Below are positions 61,711 to 64,000 of a stretch of 64,000 nucleotides of DNA, piece by piece. The DNA lies in assembly GCA_977017645.1 (NCBI GenBank), contig OZ360228.1, positions 140,058,001 to 140,122,000 of the forward strand, written 5' to 3'. A program made the translations under genes and the position numbers. This stretch comes from Torpedo marmorata. Lineage: Eukaryota. Under the pieces are notes generated by a model. It was given only the letters and a program-made list of their open reading frames with translations. It made no database searches and was not told where the DNA came from. Every line of letters begins with the position of its first letter. The first letter of the stretch is position 1.

Positions 61711-62300
61711 TTCAAACTTTCAATGAAAGTTTAATTTAGGAAACTTGATCAAGGCAGAGAAAGATAAACTTGGAGGGGTTAACCCAGCTTGGCAGCCTGA
61801 GCCTATTACTCATGAGCTGGTCTCTCTCCCTGAACTCATTCTATTCGGAGGGAAGGAACGTTGGCAGAAACCCATTAATCATCTCGCCAAGTTTGTATGT
61901 GTGCTGGGAACAGATTGACAAGGCCTATAATCAGGCTAAACCTCCCAGCTTGTGCAGAAAGACCTTCCAATAGTACCAGGCAGCTGTGACAATTTGCCAA
62001 GACCTGCATCAGAGTGTAAACAAGTTTACTTCAGGACAAGTGTACGAGCTTGCTTCACGGTTGGCGGGTCAGACTGCAAACTCTCGCCCCACATTGAGAG
62101 ACAGCCCAACTATCTCAGTGCTATGGCAACCTCCATGGACTGTTGTAACTGTAGACATAAAGAGAGAAACTGCGAAACAATAAATCATTTCAGGAGTGAA
62201 ACACGAAAATCTGCAGACGCTGTGATTGTAGTAAAAACACAACGCCGGAGAAACGCAGCCGGTCAAACAGTGTACTTTATTTACTAAAGATAGAGATACA

Positions 62301-62337
62301 TAACCAACGTTTCGGGCCTGAGCCCTTCATCAGGCTA
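62301..62337 (-). ncRNA. Minimal hammerhead motif with canonical CUGAUGA core in a Penelope tail (62195-62460)
   Basis: Minus strand TAGC-CTGATGA-A-GGGC-TCAG-GCCC-GAAA-CG-TT-GGTTA. Confidence 0.72.
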
Positions 62338-62459
62338 TAATTAAAATGTAGGCAGGTGTCTGAAATAAAATAGCTAGGGGAGAGGCAAGGGGAGGAGCAC
62401 AGGTCCACAGGCAGGAGGTCATAGGTGGATAAGGGAGGGAGGTCACAAGAGGGAGGATT

Positions 62460-63350
62460 TTGGGGGAACCAGGGAGGGGAGGAGGAGGTGAACGGCTAGG
62501 GAGGCCAGAGGGGGGAGGTGGAGGGCTGGGGAGGCCGGAGGAGGGAGATGGAGGACTGGGGAGGCCGGAGGAGGGAGCTGGAGGGCTGGGGAGGCCAGAG
62601 GAGGGAGCTGGAGGGCTGGAAAGGCCAGAGGGGGGAGATGGAGGGCTGGGGAGGCCAGAGGAGGGAGCTGGAGGGCTGGAAAGGCCAGAGGGGGGAGATG
62701 GAGGGCTGGGGAGGCCAGAGGGGGAAGGTGGAGGGCTGGGGAGGTCAGGGGGGAGGTGGAGGGCTGGGGAGTTCAGAGGGGGGAGGTGGAGGGCTGGGAG
62801 GTCAGGAGGGAGGTGAAGGCCGGGGAGGAGGTGGGTGGAGGGCTGGGGAGGCCGGAGGAGGGAGGTGGAGGGCTGGGGAGGCCAGAGGAGGGAGTGGAGG
62901 GCTGGGGAGGCCAGAGGAGGGAGTGGAGGGCTGGGGAGGTGGAGGGCTGGGGAGGCCAGAGGAGGGAGGTGGAGGGCTGGGGAGGCCAGAGGGGGGAGAT
63001 GGAGGGCTGGGGAGGTGGAGGGCTGGGGAGGCCAGAGGAGGGAGGTGGAAGGCTGTGGAGGCCGGAGGGGGGAGGTGGAGGGCTGGGGAGGCCAGGGGGG
63101 AGGGAATTGAGGGTTAGGGAGGTAGATGGAGAATTGGGGAGGCGGGGGGGGGGGCGTAGGAGAGGTGGAGGGTTAGGGAGGCCGGTAGGGGAGGGGGGGT
63201 GGTGATGGTGGTGGTGGTGAAGGGCTGGGGAGGCCAGAGGGGAGGGGTTGAAGGTTGGGGAGGTCAGGGGGGTAGATGGAGGATTGGGGAGGTGGGGGGG
63301 TGAAGGGGGGAGGTGGGGGGGGTGAAGAGCTGGGGAGGCCAGAGGGTGGA
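62460..63350. repeat. G-rich ~30-bp minisatellite (GGAGGGCTGGGGAGGCCAGAGGAGGGAGVT)
   Basis: Tandem units degenerating towards the right; source of the Gly/Pro-rich ORFs. Confidence 0.92.
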
Positions 63351-63917
63351 GGTTGACAGTGATCACAAACACATTCCAATCCGGAACGCAAAGGAATCTG
63401 CGCCAAATGCCTTCATTAGGAGATTGATAATCAGGTAAAAGAATTACAGGGTTGTAAAGTAGTAGAGTAAAATCTATATAGTTACAAATCTTCATTTCTG
63501 TTACTCCCATGCAAATGCCTCAGGACATTTTATCCCACGATGCACATTCTTATTATAGTTGTCTTTGATTCATTACATTTTACAAACTTGCCTCTGGTAA
63601 AATGTGGATCCATTTATTGCTAATTATTGCTTTAAATAACCAATAGTTAACTACATTGTCTAACTTCAAAAGCAACCTGCTCTTGATGTATTATTTCTTC
63701 ACTGAAAGAAAGGAGCACCTGAATATCACAGGCAAAACTCTCCCCACCATCAAGAAAATCTACAGGGATCGCTGCTGTCGGAGAGCAGCAGCAATCATCA
63801 AGCATCCACACCACCCAGCACGCGCTCCGTTCTCGCTGCTGCCACCAGCAAAGAGGTATAGGTGCCACACGGCTTCTACCGTGCTGTAAATAAAATTGTT
63901 AAAAATAAAAACGATCA

Positions 63918-64000
63918 TCACGGTTAGCAAAACGCTATTACAGCGCCAGCGACCCGGGTTCGAATCAGGGTAATAAGTTTGTACGTTCTCCCTGTATCTG
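63918..64000 (+). mobile_element. V-domain SINE 5' part, truncated by the window end
   Basis: CACGGTTAGC..ACAGCGCCAGCGACCCGGGTTCGAATC..TTTGTACGTTCTCCC. Confidence 0.7.

Noticed and set aside
62460-63510. Gly/Glu- and Pro-rich ORFs
   Set aside because: Artefacts of the G-rich tandem repeat.
35125-64000. CCDC88C exons 1-3
   Set aside because: No matching peptide found by eye; the region is treated as part of a long intron, though a missed small exon cannot be excluded.

Overview
Vertebrate (non-microbial) genomic DNA. The repeat complement (V-domain HE1-like SINEs, CR1/HER1-like LINE ends, Deu-domain SINEs, Neptune-type Penelope elements) points to a cartilaginous fish, probably a ray; this is inference. 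The window lies inside one minus-strand gene, CCDC88C (Daple). Seven consecutive coding exons were found with GT-AG boundaries and matching phases: 35055-35124, 26708-26766, 25681-25764, 22369-22509, 18117-18304, 6457-6538 and 4780-4938. They probably correspond to human exons 4-10 (HOOK domain end and start of the coiled coil). No further exon was recognised between 35125 and 64000 or between 1 and 4779. The introns are dominated by transposable elements: a near-intact Penelope-like RT/GIY-YIG element with about 20 short derivatives carrying minimal hammerhead-ribozyme motifs (often as head-to-head fold-backs), two L1-clade insertions, Rex1/Babar and CR1 fragments, an integrase-only Gypsy, solo LTRs, a rearranged Tc1, hAT and TcMar MITEs, SINEs and three minisatellites. 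There are three N gaps. The most interesting signals are the ribozyme-bearing Penelope mini-elements, a multi-layer nested insertion that splits one ribozyme core, a locally templated chimeric insertion, and a YY1-headed GC-rich non-autonomous retroelement family. Penelope hammerheads are a known phenomenon, so any novelty lies in these particular structures. TE boundaries without a stated TSD are approximate, and all alignments were made by eye.
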